Assembly: GCA_040398845.1 (NCBI GenBank)
Contig: JBBATH010000002.1
Location: 75,559-139,558, forward strand
Direction: 5' to 3'
DNA from: Candidatus Nanopelagicales bacterium
GTDB lineage: Bacteria > Actinomycetota > Actinomycetes > S36-B12
DNA length: 64,000 nucleotides
The position numbers were made by a program, and so were the translations under genes. The notes under the pieces are model-generated. The model ran no database searches. It worked only from the letters and a program-made list of their open reading frames with translations, and was not told the DNA's origin. Positions 26,832 through 36,848 of the stretch are shown here, in pieces (position 1 is the stretch's first letter; each line of letters begins with the position of its first letter).

Positions 26832-27386
26832 TTAGCCGCCGTAGACGTGCTTGGCTAGCGTTCCTACGCAGCGCAGGTTCCGATACTGCTGGTCATAGTC
26901 GAGCCCGTACCCGACAACGAATTCATTCGGAATGTCGAAACCGACGTACTTCGGGGTGACCTGCACCTTCATCGCCTCGGGCTTTCGCAGCAGCGTGAAG
27001 ACCTCGACCGACGCCGGGCCCCTGGAGGACAGGTTCGTCATGAGCCACGACAGCGTGAGACCCGAGTCGAGGATGTCCTCAACGAGAAGCACATTGCGGC
27101 CCGCGAGGTCGCAGTCGAGGTCCTTGAGGATCCGCACAACCCCACTGGACTTAGTACCGGAGCCGTATGACGACACCGCCATCCAGTCCATCTCTGAGCT
27201 GCGACCGAGCGCACGGGCCAAATCAGCCATGATCATGATCGCGCCCTTGAGCACACCCACGAGAAGGAGGTCGCGTCCCTCGTAGTCGCGCTCGATCTGC
27301 GCGGCGACCTCACTGATCCGCTCGAGAATCTGATCCTCCGTGAGGAGCACGTGATCAAGATCGCCGTCAATGTCTTCAGGGCGCAA
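26832..27386 (-). CDS. hpt: hypoxanthine phosphoribosyltransferase
   Basis: [20 protein letters not shown]-binding motif. 184 aa. Confidence 0.92.
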   Translation of the reverse strand: MRPEDIDGDLDHVLLTEDQILERISEVAAQIERDYEGRDLLLVGVLKGAIMIMADLARALGRSSEMDWMAVSSYGSGTKSSGVVRILKDLDCDLAGRNVLLVEDILDSGLTLSWLMTNLSSRGPASVEVFTLLRKPEAMKVQVTPKYVGFDIPNEFVVGYGLDYDQQYRNLRCVGTLAKHVYGG

Positions 27387-27389
27387 GGC

Positions 27390-28406
27390 CTACTCCTGGG
27401 TCGGTGGGACGTCCGGTGCACGCACACGCGGTGCTGCGTGCCAGACGCTAACCCATCCTCCTGCACGGCTCACCGTGATCCCTCCCGGAAGGCTTATCGG
27501 GCCCTGACCGCTCCACTCCGAGACGATCCGATCGACCGCCACCACGTGGTCGTGCGACAGGTCCCCGGCCGGGCTGCCAGCCTCAATGCACATGCGCCGC
27601 AGCACCCGTGTCCGAACCGCCCGGGGCAGTGCCGCCAAGACGGATGCCTCGATTCGTCCGTCAAGAACCCACCTGTCGCACTCGCGCTGGGCCCAGTCAT
27701 CAAGGGCATCGGCATCGTCTCGAAGAAGCGAGGCCGAACGTGCGAGCCCACCGACCATCCCGGCGCCGAGCGCCATCGCGAGCGTGTCCATCGACTCCCG
27801 CACCCGCACCCGGGCAAAGCGGACATCTGCATTATGAGGATCAATCCAGGGAGTCTCGCCGACGTTCGCCAGCACCTCACTCGCCGAAGCATGAACAACG
27901 GCACGGGATATCCCGAGAAGTGGTCTGCGCCACAGGCCGCTCCTTGGAGCCATGGCTGCCAGCGAGCGAGCTCCTGACCCGCGCGCAAGCCTTAGGAGCA
28001 CTGTCTCGGCCTGATCTTCGAGGGTGTGGCCAAGAAGTACGGCGACCGCGCCCGAGTCTTGGGCCTCACTGCGCAGGCCCTCGTAGCGTGCATCGCGCGC
28101 GGCCGCCTCCGGCCCACCCTCCGAGCCGACGCTCACTGATCGAACCGCAATCGGCGCGAGCCCAAGCTTTCCGCACACCGCCGCCGCCCAATTGGCGACC
28201 TCACCAGAACCCGGCTGCAGCCGGTGATCGATGACAACGCCGCCAGCCCGCCATCCGGCTCGTGGAGCCACGAACGCTGTCGCCGCGGCCAGCGCCAGCG
28301 AGTCAGGTCCGCCCGAGCACGCCACCAGAATACGTTCCCCCGGCTCGATATCGGCGAGTGCGCGTCGCACGGCGTCGCGCACTGCAAGCGTCGCTCGCTC
28401 CGCCAC
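27390..28406 (-). CDS. tilS: tRNA(Ile)-lysidine synthase
   Basis: PP-loop VACSGGPDSLAL. 338 aa. Position next to hpt as in other actinobacteria. Confidence 0.9.
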   Translation of the reverse strand: MAERATLAVRDAVRRALADIEPGERILVACSGGPDSLALAAATAFVAPRAGWRAGGVVIDHRLQPGSGEVANWAAAVCGKLGLAPIAVRSVSVGSEGGPEAAARDARYEGLRSEAQDSGAVAVLLGHTLEDQAETVLLRLARGSGARSLAAMAPRSGLWRRPLLGISRAVVHASASEVLANVGETPWIDPHNADVRFARVRVRESMDTLAMALGAGMVGGLARSASLLRDDADALDDWAQRECDRWVLDGRIEASVLAALPRAVRTRVLRRMCIEAGSPAGDLSHDHVVAVDRIVSEWSGQGPISLPGGITVSRAGGWVSVWHAAPRVRAPDVPPTQE

Positions 28407-28412
28407 CGGTGA

Positions 28413-29450
28413 TCAGCCGGCCGTCCGAGCGAGCCACAACTCTGGCGCCTTGATCTCGGCGCGGCTCGGTAGCAGCCCCGGAGACGTCCAGACTTCGTTG
28501 AAGCCACTCATCCCTACTGAGGCAACCACCGTCCGAACGAAATCGGCACCTTCGCTGTATTGACGGAGCTTGACGTCCATCCCGAGCACCTTGCGCGCGA
28601 CCGAATCAACGGGCGACGGATTGGAGCGGCGCTTGGTGAACCGCTCGCGGATCAGCGCGACGCTCGGAATCACCTCCGGTCCCACCTCATCCATGACAAC
28701 GTCAGCGTGGCCCTCAAGAAGCGACATAAGACCGGTTATGCGATCAAAGACCGCTCGCTGAGCGGGGCTCTGGAGCGCCTCCATGATCGGTTCCCTCGGC
28801 CCCCCGTGCGGTCCCATGCCCCCTTTCACCACCTGAGCGAGGCTCTTGAGTACCTGACCAAACCCCAGCTCGGACGCCTCCACGAAATCCCCGACGAGTG
28901 AGGCGAGATGGCCGGCGAGCCATGGGACCGCGCCAAATTGCACCCGATGGGTCTCCTCATGCAGGCACACCCACAGCCTGAAATCACGTGAAGGCACCTG
29001 CAGTTGCTGCTCGACATGCACGATGGTCGGGGCAACGAGCAGGAGTCGGCCCTGCTCGCCCGGATCGGTGAAGACCTCGTACTGGCCAAGCACCTTGCCT
29101 GAAAGCCAAGCGAGCACCGCACCGATCTGCAGCGCCGTTCCGCGGGACCCAAGATCGCGGATGAAAGCCGGGGGCTCGCGGCCATCGACCCGTTCGAGAA
29201 GAGGACCCATCGCGATGCGCATCCCGGTGACATTCGAGGCGATCCACGCCGGGCGATCGACGACGGCCGCTCGCCCGTCGCCGGGAACCTCCAACCCGGT
29301 GACGCGACGCACCGGTTCTACTGCCTCGGATGACAGGTCGCGCAGCATTGCAACCGCCTCGCGTGCCTGGGCCCTCGGGAGATCTGGTCCCCTGGGTGCG
29401 AGGCGCGTTGCGGTGACGACGGCCAAGCGCCAATCGACTGATTCGCCCAT
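28413..29450 (-). CDS. zinc-dependent metalloprotease, DUF2342 family
   Basis: HExxH in CLHEETHRVQF. Its position between tilS and dacB matches the M. tuberculosis Rv3626c-type protein. Confidence 0.7.
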   Translation of the reverse strand: MGESVDWRLAVVTATRLAPRGPDLPRAQAREAVAMLRDLSSEAVEPVRRVTGLEVPGDGRAAVVDRPAWIASNVTGMRIAMGPLLERVDGREPPAFIRDLGSRGTALQIGAVLAWLSGKVLGQYEVFTDPGEQGRLLLVAPTIVHVEQQLQVPSRDFRLWVCLHEETHRVQFGAVPWLAGHLASLVGDFVEASELGFGQVLKSLAQVVKGGMGPHGGPREPIMEALQSPAQRAVFDRITGLMSLLEGHADVVMDEVGPEVIPSVALIRERFTKRRSNPSPVDSVARKVLGMDVKLRQYSEGADFVRTVVASVGMSGFNEVWTSPGLLPSRAEIKAPELWLARTAG

Positions 29451-29453
29451 GGG

Positions 29454-30500
29454 TCAGCGCGGATTAGCCGGGGAGTCGGGCGACGGCGGGCGGCAGGCGA
29501 CGGCCCGCACATCGCCTTGCAGGTTCCAGGTGCCGGCCGCGAACGGCATGAGCGCGACGTCGCCACGGACGATCTCAACGGATGCCTCGTCCGAGTGGAT
29601 GACGCCGCTGCCCTCGAGAACAAGGACGACCGAGAACCCAGCCTCAACCTCCACCGGTCCCGCACTCGTGTCGATGCGGTGCGCCCGGAAGTAGGCGTCG
29701 GCCTGCGATGGCATGATCGAGGTCAGGCCAGCCCCTTCGATCTGCTCCCTGGCCAAGACGAGCCGGTCTAGGTCCTGCTCAGATACCGAACTTCGGTCGA
29801 CGGCCTGCAGCGCCGTCTCGAATCCAAGGTTGAGGTGGCCGTCCTTCACGCCATCCACAGCGAAGTCCTGCCATTCGAGGAGGATCGACAGATCCGTCGG
29901 CTCCTGCAGTTCGAGGACGAACACCCCCGACTGCACGGTGTGGGGTAGGCCCGCCGGAACAAGCATGGCGTCGCCCGGACGCACTACCTTCGTTCGCAGT
30001 GCCCCCAGAAGCGCCGCACTGTCGCGGTCGCGGACCCAGTCGCTCACCTGCTCGAGGGACATCGCCTCCTTGAAGCCGACGCCGACCTCGGCACCCTCGG
30101 GCGCATCGAGCACGAACCACGCCTCGGTCTTGCCGTGCGCCAGCCCGAGGTGCGCACGAGCGAACTCGCGATTCGGATGCAGATGGACCGGGAGCCGCTG
30201 GTCGAGATCGAGGAGCTTGATGAGGACCTCGGTGCTCGTGCCGTAGCGGGCAACATGATCTGGGCCAAGCCATGCGACCGGATTCTCGTCGATCGCCTCG
30301 ATGAGGAGTCGCCCGTCCGGCAACCGACTGAAGCCCTGGGGTGCCTGACCGAAACGAGCGGTCGTCGACCCGATCCACTCCTCGGGTCGCTGAGGACCGC
30401 CCGGCCCACGCCGCAGCGCGCCGATGCGATCACCACCGCGGTAATAGTGGTCAAACTGGTTCACCGGCAGCAGGACCGGAGCGGCGGATTTGGCCGTCAT
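29454..30500 (-). CDS. class I mannose-6-phosphate isomerase-like (cupin) protein
   Basis: QRLPVHLHPN...HGKTEAWFVLDA cupin metal-site motifs and an LVPAGLPH segment. Start uncertain (Met-5 of the track ORF chosen). Confidence 0.55.
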   Translation of the reverse strand: MTAKSAAPVLLPVNQFDHYYRGGDRIGALRRGPGGPQRPEEWIGSTTARFGQAPQGFSRLPDGRLLIEAIDENPVAWLGPDHVARYGTSTEVLIKLLDLDQRLPVHLHPNREFARAHLGLAHGKTEAWFVLDAPEGAEVGVGFKEAMSLEQVSDWVRDRDSAALLGALRTKVVRPGDAMLVPAGLPHTVQSGVFVLELQEPTDLSILLEWQDFAVDGVKDGHLNLGFETALQAVDRSSVSEQDLDRLVLAREQIEGAGLTSIMPSQADAYFRAHRIDTSAGPVEVEAGFSVVLVLEGSGVIHSDEASVEIVRGDVALMPFAAGTWNLQGDVRAVACRPPSPDSPANPR

Positions 30501-31912
30501 GAACACCCACATTTCGCTAGTCGGGAGGCAAACTGGTCGAGCGTGTCACGAGCTACTTCGAGCGACGGTACGTCGTTCGCAAGTACAGCGAACACCAGAA
30601 CACGTCCATCCAAATCTTTGACGGTACCCGCGAGACCCACGACACCGCTGAGCGTGCCCGTCTTTGCCCGGACATAGCCGGCGGCATCGGCGGTCAAGCC
30701 CGCCTTGTAACGATCCGACAGAGTTCCGGTGAAGCCGGCAACCGGCAACCCGGAACCGATGGGCCACAGCGCCGGATCGGACTGCCGCGACACGCTCACC
30801 AGGAGTTGCGCAAGAGCGATCGGCGGGACCTTGTCACGCCCAGATAGACCGCTCCCATCAACGACCGACAGACCGTCGACCGCGATGCCAAGTTTGGCCG
30901 CAGACTCCTGCACCCCCTTCGCCCCCGAGGCGAAGGTGAACTTGCCGTTGGCTCGCCCACCAATCAGGTGTCCGAGCGCCTCGGCGAGGTCATTCTCCGA
31001 ATCGGTGAGCATACGCTCGATGAGGTCGCGGATGGTCGGCGACTCAACCCTTCCAACCTCCGTTGCGCCCTCCGGCGCCTTGCCCACTCCTGTCATCGTG
31101 ACGGTGAGGCCGCGCTTCTTGAGCAGCCCCGCAAGAACCTGAGCCGCTTGGCGCGAGGGATTATCGACCCTCGATGTCGCGCCCGGCCGTACGCGGCCCT
31201 GGTCGACCATGAGCGCGGTCACCGGTGCCACGACTCCGTCAAGGGGGAAGGACGAGGGCCAGCCCGGAGCGAGGACCGGGCCGGTGAAGAGTGAGTCGTC
31301 GTACTGCAGGTCAACGGCATTCGCTGCAACGTTCTGCTCCACCTGGTCCGCAAGCGACTCAAGCGTCGCCGCCTCGACCCCCGGTTGCTCCTTGCGCGCA
31401 AGCGTTGCGTCACCGCCCCCCACAAGGGTGAGCGTGGTGGACTTCAAGAGAACGACCGTGGCCAGTCGCTCGCCGGGATCAAGGACCGAAAGGGCCGCGC
31501 TCGCGGTGAGCAACTTGATCGTCGATGCCGGGGTGCGTGGCCGGCCCGCGCGGACGTCGAGGAGGACCGTCTCGGTCGCCGGATCGATGACGACCGCACT
31601 GAACTGCCCCAGGGTGCTCGCCTTGAGCAGCGGAGTCACCGACCTTTGGATGCCCGTGGGTGTTGGAGCATTGGCCGTCGAGTTGGCCACCGCCGTTGGT
31701 GTGAGCACGCTCGGGGCGGGCGATGCAGGAGGACTCGACCCTGGCGCCACGACATTGTCAACGGAGGCGGCCGGCTCGAGAGACGAGAACATCAGGGCGA
31801 GCACGATGAGCAATCCAGTGCTTCCCGCACGTCGAACGGCGCTAAAGCGCCGACCGTGACCTCGCCGTCCGTGAACCCGCACCCGGTGTCCCCTCTCCAT
31901 TGAATCCCTCAT
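30497..31912 (-). CDS. dacB: D-alanyl-D-alanine carboxypeptidase/endopeptidase (PBP4, peptidase S13)
   Basis: SxxK active site in PASTIKLLTA, an N-terminal signal/anchor, and the KTGTLSGV motif (KTG). Confidence 0.85.
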   Translation of the reverse strand: MRDSMERGHRVRVHGRRGHGRRFSAVRRAGSTGLLIVLALMFSSLEPAASVDNVVAPGSSPPASPAPSVLTPTAVANSTANAPTPTGIQRSVTPLLKASTLGQFSAVVIDPATETVLLDVRAGRPRTPASTIKLLTASAALSVLDPGERLATVVLLKSTTLTLVGGGDATLARKEQPGVEAATLESLADQVEQNVAANAVDLQYDDSLFTGPVLAPGWPSSFPLDGVVAPVTALMVDQGRVRPGATSRVDNPSRQAAQVLAGLLKKRGLTVTMTGVGKAPEGATEVGRVESPTIRDLIERMLTDSENDLAEALGHLIGGRANGKFTFASGAKGVQESAAKLGIAVDGLSVVDGSGLSGRDKVPPIALAQLLVSVSRQSDPALWPIGSGLPVAGFTGTLSDRYKAGLTADAAGYVRAKTGTLSGVVGLAGTVKDLDGRVLVFAVLANDVPSLEVARDTLDQFASRLAKCGCS

Positions 31913-31929
31913 GGTGAAGACTAGCCATC

Positions 31930-32436
31930 ATGACCCCCTTGGACTTTGACGTCACCATCGAGATCCCCGCGGGAAGCCGCAACAAGTATGAGATGGATCA
32001 TGCGACCGGTCGGATCCGCCTCGACCGCATGCTCTTCACCTCAACCCGGTACCCGCATGACTACGGCTTCATCGAGAACTCGCTTGGCCTCGATGGTGAT
32101 CCACTCGACGCCCTTGTCCTCACCCAGGAGCCCACGTTCCCCGGAGTGCTCATCCGCTGTCGCACCGTCGGCATGTTCCGCATGACCGATGAGGCCGGCG
32201 GCGACGACAAGGTGCTTTGCGTTCCTGCTGGCGATCCACGCATGGAGCATCTACGCGATATCCATCACGTGCCGGAGTTCGACCGCATGGAGATCCAGCA
32301 CTTCTTCGAGGTCTACAAGGAACTCGAGCCGGGTAAGAGCGTCGAGGGCGCCACGTGGGCCGGCCGAGCCGACGCCGAGGCCGAGATACACGCCTCCTGG
32401 GCCAGGTTCACCGATGGGGACGGCACGCACGCCTGA
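31930..32436 (+). CDS. ppa: inorganic pyrophosphatase
   Basis: [31 protein letters not shown] motifs. 168 aa. Confidence 0.95.
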   Translation: MTPLDFDVTIEIPAGSRNKYEMDHATGRIRLDRMLFTSTRYPHDYGFIENSLGLDGDPLDALVLTQEPTFPGVLIRCRTVGMFRMTDEAGGDDKVLCVPAGDPRMEHLRDIHHVPEFDRMEIQHFFEVYKELEPGKSVEGATWAGRADAEAEIHASWARFTDGDGTHA

Positions 32437-32440
32437 GCGA

Positions 32441-33547
32441 TTACGTCTCGACCGTGGTGAGGGCGTCCTCGACAACGTTGGTGCGGTGCAGGTAGGTCCC
32501 GACGAAAGCTTTCACGGTTGCGGCGAGCGGCAAGGCGAGCACTGCCCCGATGGGTCCGAGGATCGCACCGCCCGCGAGTACCGAGAGGAACGACACCGCG
32601 GTGTTCAACTCCATCGCCTTCGCCGACACCCTCGGCTCGATGGTGAGGTTCTCGACCTGCTGGTAGGCGAGGATGAAGGCCAGCGTCCCCACGCCCTGGA
32701 TCGGGGACTGCGCGAACGCAAGGACGATCGGGAGCAGCCCACCGAGATAGGTGCCGATCGTCGGCACGAAGGCAGAGACGATCCCGGTGAAAGCGCCGAG
32801 AACAAGCGCATTGTCGACCCGGATGATGAAGAGGAAGATCGTGGTCGCCGAGCCACAGACGACGGCGAGGATGGATCGCGAGACGAGGTAGCTCGAGGTC
32901 TTGTCGATCGCCACCTCCCACACTGCCAACAACTCGCGCTGACGGGCCTGCGGGAACAGCGAGCACACGCTTCGCCTGAACCTTGGCCCGTCCGCAACGA
33001 GGTAGAAGGTGACGAGAAGCACTGTGAGCGACCCGACAATGAAGGCTAGGAAGGAATCCACGATGCCGAGGACGCTGTTTGCGATGGTTTGAATCGCCAC
33101 GTCCCAGTACTCGCTGATGAGGTCGCTCGGCTCCGGCAGGGTGATTCCGAAGGATACATCGACACGGTCTCGGATACCCTCATAAAGATCCGGCACCTCT
33201 CTCGCGAGGCTGATCACCTGCGTGACGAGTAGGTTGCCAAACAATGCGATGAATCCGGCGATCACGAGGAATCCAGCGCCGTAGATGAGTAGGGTCGCAC
33301 GCGAGCGCTTCCATCCGCGGGCACTGAGCCTGTTCACGGTCGGTTCGATCGCGAACGCCAGAAAGAAGCAGATTGCCACGGTGATCATGAGGTCGGTGAG
33401 TCTCGAGGCGACGTACCAGCCGCAGATGCTCAGGGCAATAGCGAAGATCGCATACCAGATGCCCTTGACGTACCAACGCGGAAGACGCGTCGAGTCTGAA
33501 CTATCGACGGGACGCTCCACCGAACCCTGCTCCATCACAGGAACCAA
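32441..33547 (-). CDS. AI-2E family transporter (PerM/UPF0118)
   Basis: 368 aa, about 8 TM helices, with the characteristic long central loop and C-terminal GPIGAVLALPLAA segment. Confidence 0.7.
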   Translation of the reverse strand: MVPVMEQGSVERPVDSSDSTRLPRWYVKGIWYAIFAIALSICGWYVASRLTDLMITVAICFFLAFAIEPTVNRLSARGWKRSRATLLIYGAGFLVIAGFIALFGNLLVTQVISLAREVPDLYEGIRDRVDVSFGITLPEPSDLISEYWDVAIQTIANSVLGIVDSFLAFIVGSLTVLLVTFYLVADGPRFRRSVCSLFPQARQRELLAVWEVAIDKTSSYLVSRSILAVVCGSATTIFLFIIRVDNALVLGAFTGIVSAFVPTIGTYLGGLLPIVLAFAQSPIQGVGTLAFILAYQQVENLTIEPRVSAKAMELNTAVSFLSVLAGGAILGPIGAVLALPLAATVKAFVGTYLHRTNVVEDALTTVET

Positions 33548-33586
33548 CGCTAGGGCATCAAGGAGTTGGTCGACGCTCGAGTGTCA

Positions 33587-34774
33587 TCAGTTCGAAGGAG
33601 CCGCAGACTCTCCATCGCCCTGAACCGTCACCTTCAGCGGGATGAACGTCTTGACCCGAATGGGCTCGGGCATTGGGGTGACGCCGAACGTCTCGAGCGA
33701 GCCCTGCCCTGCCAAACGTACGACATATTGCGCGAACGAAACGGGCAAGGGATCAGCCGCATCGTCGCAGATGAGCAGGTGCGCATACCCGACCACCGGC
33801 CAGCCGATAAGTGCCTGGTTCTCACCGAGAACGATCTTCGAGGAGGCGATGTCGAAGTTGCCCTCAACCGGCACACCACCAATTGCAGGGCTCGCCAGGA
33901 TGTTTCCGCGCTCGTCAGTCGTGACGTTCGTGGCACCCGACCCAACCTTGTAGAGCTGCACATCATCCGCGGTCACGATGACCTCAACGGCCTTGCCGTC
34001 ATTGCCGGTAACCGTGATGGGCAGGTTCGCGATAGCGAGCACGTTGTTCATGGCCTGGAAGATAGGCAGGACGGCGATTGCGCCCTCGGTGACGGTCAAC
34101 TCGCCAATGAGGTCGGTTACCGTCGGGAGACGGGTGCCAGCCTCAAGGGTGCCGACAGTGCCGGCGGTCCAGGCATCCGGCGCGTATTGGGAGGTCCAGG
34201 TGGTCATCGCCTCGACGGCACCCTGAGTGGTTTCGACGGACATCAACGTGATCGGGGGCAGACCGCTGAGGTCGAAGTCGGGATTAGCCTCGGCGAGCAA
34301 TGGTGCATCCCAGGTGGTAACGGTTCCGGCAAGGATTCCGGCTACCGCCTCCGGTGTCATGACCAAGCCTTCCAGCCCGGGAACGTTGTAGGCCAAGCTC
34401 ACCGGGTACGCGAAGGCTGGAACGACGATCGTAACGCCTGCAGGGCAGTTGGTGGAGCCGAAGGACGTGATGTCGACTGCCGTCGGCGTACGGTCCACCA
34501 GAGCCATCGCTGCGGAATCGGCAGGCGGTAGTTCGGCGAGAATCTGCTCCGGGCAGATCGAAGTTAGGGCATCCCCAACGGCGGTCATTGCACCGGCGAA
34601 GGTCTCTGCCACCGCGACATCCACGGTGCCGGAAGCGCATTCGATCTGCGACTCGGCGCGAGCCGCGAGCACATCGGGGGGCATTGGGGGCGTGCATGCG
34701 GCAATGATCATGACCGCAAAGGGAACGAGGACGATGCCCCGGGTTCGCATTGACATCCGGGACATCGTCCTCAT
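33587..34774 (-). CDS. divergent PstS-like (PBP type 2) substrate-binding lipoprotein
   Basis: Lipobox VMIIAAC. AYPVSLAYNVPGLEGLVMTPEAVAGILAGTVTTWDAPLLAEANPD resembles the PstS core. The SGTT phosphate-binding segment is not recognisable (LMSVETTQGAVEAM instead). Confidence 0.5.
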   Translation of the reverse strand: MRTMSRMSMRTRGIVLVPFAVMIIAACTPPMPPDVLAARAESQIECASGTVDVAVAETFAGAMTAVGDALTSICPEQILAELPPADSAAMALVDRTPTAVDITSFGSTNCPAGVTIVVPAFAYPVSLAYNVPGLEGLVMTPEAVAGILAGTVTTWDAPLLAEANPDFDLSGLPPITLMSVETTQGAVEAMTTWTSQYAPDAWTAGTVGTLEAGTRLPTVTDLIGELTVTEGAIAVLPIFQAMNNVLAIANLPITVTGNDGKAVEVIVTADDVQLYKVGSGATNVTTDERGNILASPAIGGVPVEGNFDIASSKIVLGENQALIGWPVVGYAHLLICDDAADPLPVSFAQYVVRLAGQGSLETFGVTPMPEPIRVKTFIPLKVTVQGDGESAAPSN

Positions 34775-34813
34775 CCTTCGTTCGTTTAATCAGTTATGAC
34801 TTACAGACTTCAA

Positions 34814-35869
34814 CTACTTGATCTTGACGACGAGACCCTTAGCCACCGTGAGCACCTTGCCGGCAACCGGCACGTAGCCGAGCGAGGCCGCACGTGCAGG
34901 ACCGCACTTCTGGATTACATAGTCCTGGAACTGGCGGACACCGAGGCCATTGGGGCCCTTACCGTCGGTACGCACCAGGGCGTAGCTGAAGATCGACATC
35001 GGGTAGGCCCCCGAGACTGCCACCTTGTAGTCCAGCTGCACGAGACCGAGTGCGTCGACGTTCGTCTGGTTCGCCAGGTTCTTCGCGGCCGAGGCAGACG
35101 ACGGTGCGATGAACTCGCCCTTCGCGTTCTGGATGCGTGCCGACGGGTAGCCCTTGGCGTCGCCGAGGTCAACGTAGCCGAGGGTGCCTTCCTTTGCGAG
35201 CACATTCGCCATTACGCCCGAGTTGCCCTTGCCTGCAACAGAGTTTGCCGGAGGCTTGCCACCGGGGAATGCGGTGGTCATGTCGTCCTGAACCTTCGGC
35301 CAGATGGTCGGCGCCCAAGCGTTGAGGTACTGAAGGAAGTTGTTCGTGGTACCCGAGCTGTCCGAGCGGTAGGCGATGGTGATCGGCGTCGCCGGGAGCG
35401 CCGCCGAGATGCGGGGATTGTCCTTGACGATCTCGGGGTGGTTCCAGGTGGTGATGACGCCTGAGTAGATCTTCGCGAGCGTGACCTGCTTGAGCTGGAT
35501 CGAAGATCCAAGGGTGCGGCCAGTGGTCGCGTTCTTCAGGTTGATCGGCACGGTGAGCGCTCCACCGATGTTCGGGATGTACTCCCACTCCCAGGTCGGC
35601 TCGCCCGAGGTGTACTTCGAGTCAGTCTGCGCGTAGGCGAAGGTGCCCTTCGAGAAGTTGCCCTTGCCAGTGCCCGAACCTGTCGATGTGTACTGGATGG
35701 TGAAATCGCTCTGCGACGCATTGAAGTCCGCAGCGCACTGCGACAAGAACACGTAGGGGAACGACGCACCGCCACCGGCGATGCTGTTGGCCGCGTTGGC
35801 CGGGGCGGCCAGCGCAACCGCTGAGGTTACGAGAACGCTGCTAGCGACGATCGCGAGAGTGCGACGCAC
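34814..35869 (-). CDS. pstS: phosphate ABC transporter substrate-binding protein
   Basis: Signal peptide. GGGASFPYVF, ITTWNHPEIVKDNP and YRSDSSGTTNNFLQYL motifs. Confidence 0.9.
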   Translation of the reverse strand: MRRTLAIVASSVLVTSAVALAAPANAANSIAGGGASFPYVFLSQCAADFNASQSDFTIQYTSTGSGTGKGNFSKGTFAYAQTDSKYTSGEPTWEWEYIPNIGGALTVPINLKNATTGRTLGSSIQLKQVTLAKIYSGVITTWNHPEIVKDNPRISAALPATPITIAYRSDSSGTTNNFLQYLNAWAPTIWPKVQDDMTTAFPGGKPPANSVAGKGNSGVMANVLAKEGTLGYVDLGDAKGYPSARIQNAKGEFIAPSSASAAKNLANQTNVDALGLVQLDYKVAVSGAYPMSIFSYALVRTDGKGPNGLGVRQFQDYVIQKCGPARAASLGYVPVAGKVLTVAKGLVVKIK

Positions 35870-35902
35870 GGTATCTCCTTTGTCATGGACGTTGCTTACG
35901 TA

Positions 35903-35991
35903 GATGAACCTACGAGCCTGTTCTTTACGTTTGGAGTGCTTTCGGTGTTACTTCGACAACGCCTCGGTGAACAATCGGGGGCGAGATGAAC
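35903..35991 (-). promoter_or_regulatory. GTTCAYC heptamers upstream of pstS (possible PHO-box units)
   Basis: On the minus strand, GTTCATC (35991-35985), GTTCACC (35972-35966) and GTTCATC (35909-35903) lie in the 128-nt pstB-pstS spacer. Their spacing is not the canonical 11 nt. Confidence 0.3.
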
Positions 35992-35997
35992 AACGGG

Positions 35998-36834
35998 TTA
36001 ACCGAAACGACCACTCACGTAATCAAGGGTGCGCTCATCCTGCGGGTTACCAAAGATTTCGGTTGTTGCACCCTGCTCGATGACGCGCCCCGGCTCGTTC
36101 TCGGCCGCCAGGAAGAATGCGGTGTTATCGGCGACGCGCACTGCCTGCTGCATGTTGTGGGTCACGATGATGATCGTGACCTCCTTGGAGAGTTGGCGGA
36201 TCGTCTCCTCGATCTTCAGCGTTGACGCCGGGTCGAGCGCTGAACACGGCTCATCCATAAGGAGCACGTGCGGCTGTACCGCAAGGGCTCGCGCGATGAC
36301 CAGCCGCTGCTGCTGTCCACCTGAGAGTTCGCCGCCCGCACGATCGAGCCGATCCTTGACCTCGGTCCAAAGTCCCGCCGCTGTGAGGGTCTCCTCGACG
36401 ATGTCGTCGTGGTTGCTGCGCTTCATCCCGGACAGCTTCAGACCCGAAAGCACATTGCCTCGAATGGTCATGCTCGGGAATGGGTTGGGCTTTTGGAAAA
36501 CCATCCCGATGGCGAGCCGGATGTGCACCGGGTCGACGTCACGTGAGTAAATGTCGCGTCCCTCATAGAGGATCTCGCCCGCGAGTGCTGCACCAGGAAG
36601 GAGCTCGTGCAAGCGATTGAGGGTCCGGATGAAGGTCGACTTCCCACAGCCGGAAGGACCGATGAGCGCGGTCACCGAGTTCTTCGGGAAGGACATGTTC
36701 ACGCCCTCAAGCACCTTGCGCTGCCCGAACCAGACGCTCACGTTCCGCGCCTCGAGTTCCGTACTAGCAGCCGCTGCGGGTGTGGTTATCTCGGACTCAA
36801 GCACATCGACACTCTCGAATTCGGCGGTGGACAT
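35998..36834 (-). CDS. pstB: phosphate ABC transporter ATP-binding protein
   Basis: GPSGCGKST, LSGGQQQRL, LLMDEPCSALD. 278 aa. Confidence 0.95.
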   Translation of the reverse strand: MSTAEFESVDVLESEITTPAAAASTELEARNVSVWFGQRKVLEGVNMSFPKNSVTALIGPSGCGKSTFIRTLNRLHELLPGAALAGEILYEGRDIYSRDVDPVHIRLAIGMVFQKPNPFPSMTIRGNVLSGLKLSGMKRSNHDDIVEETLTAAGLWTEVKDRLDRAGGELSGGQQQRLVIARALAVQPHVLLMDEPCSALDPASTLKIEETIRQLSKEVTIIIVTHNMQQAVRVADNTAFFLAAENEPGRVIEQGATTEIFGNPQDERTLDYVSGRFG

Positions 36835-36848
36835 TACGTGCTCCTTCT

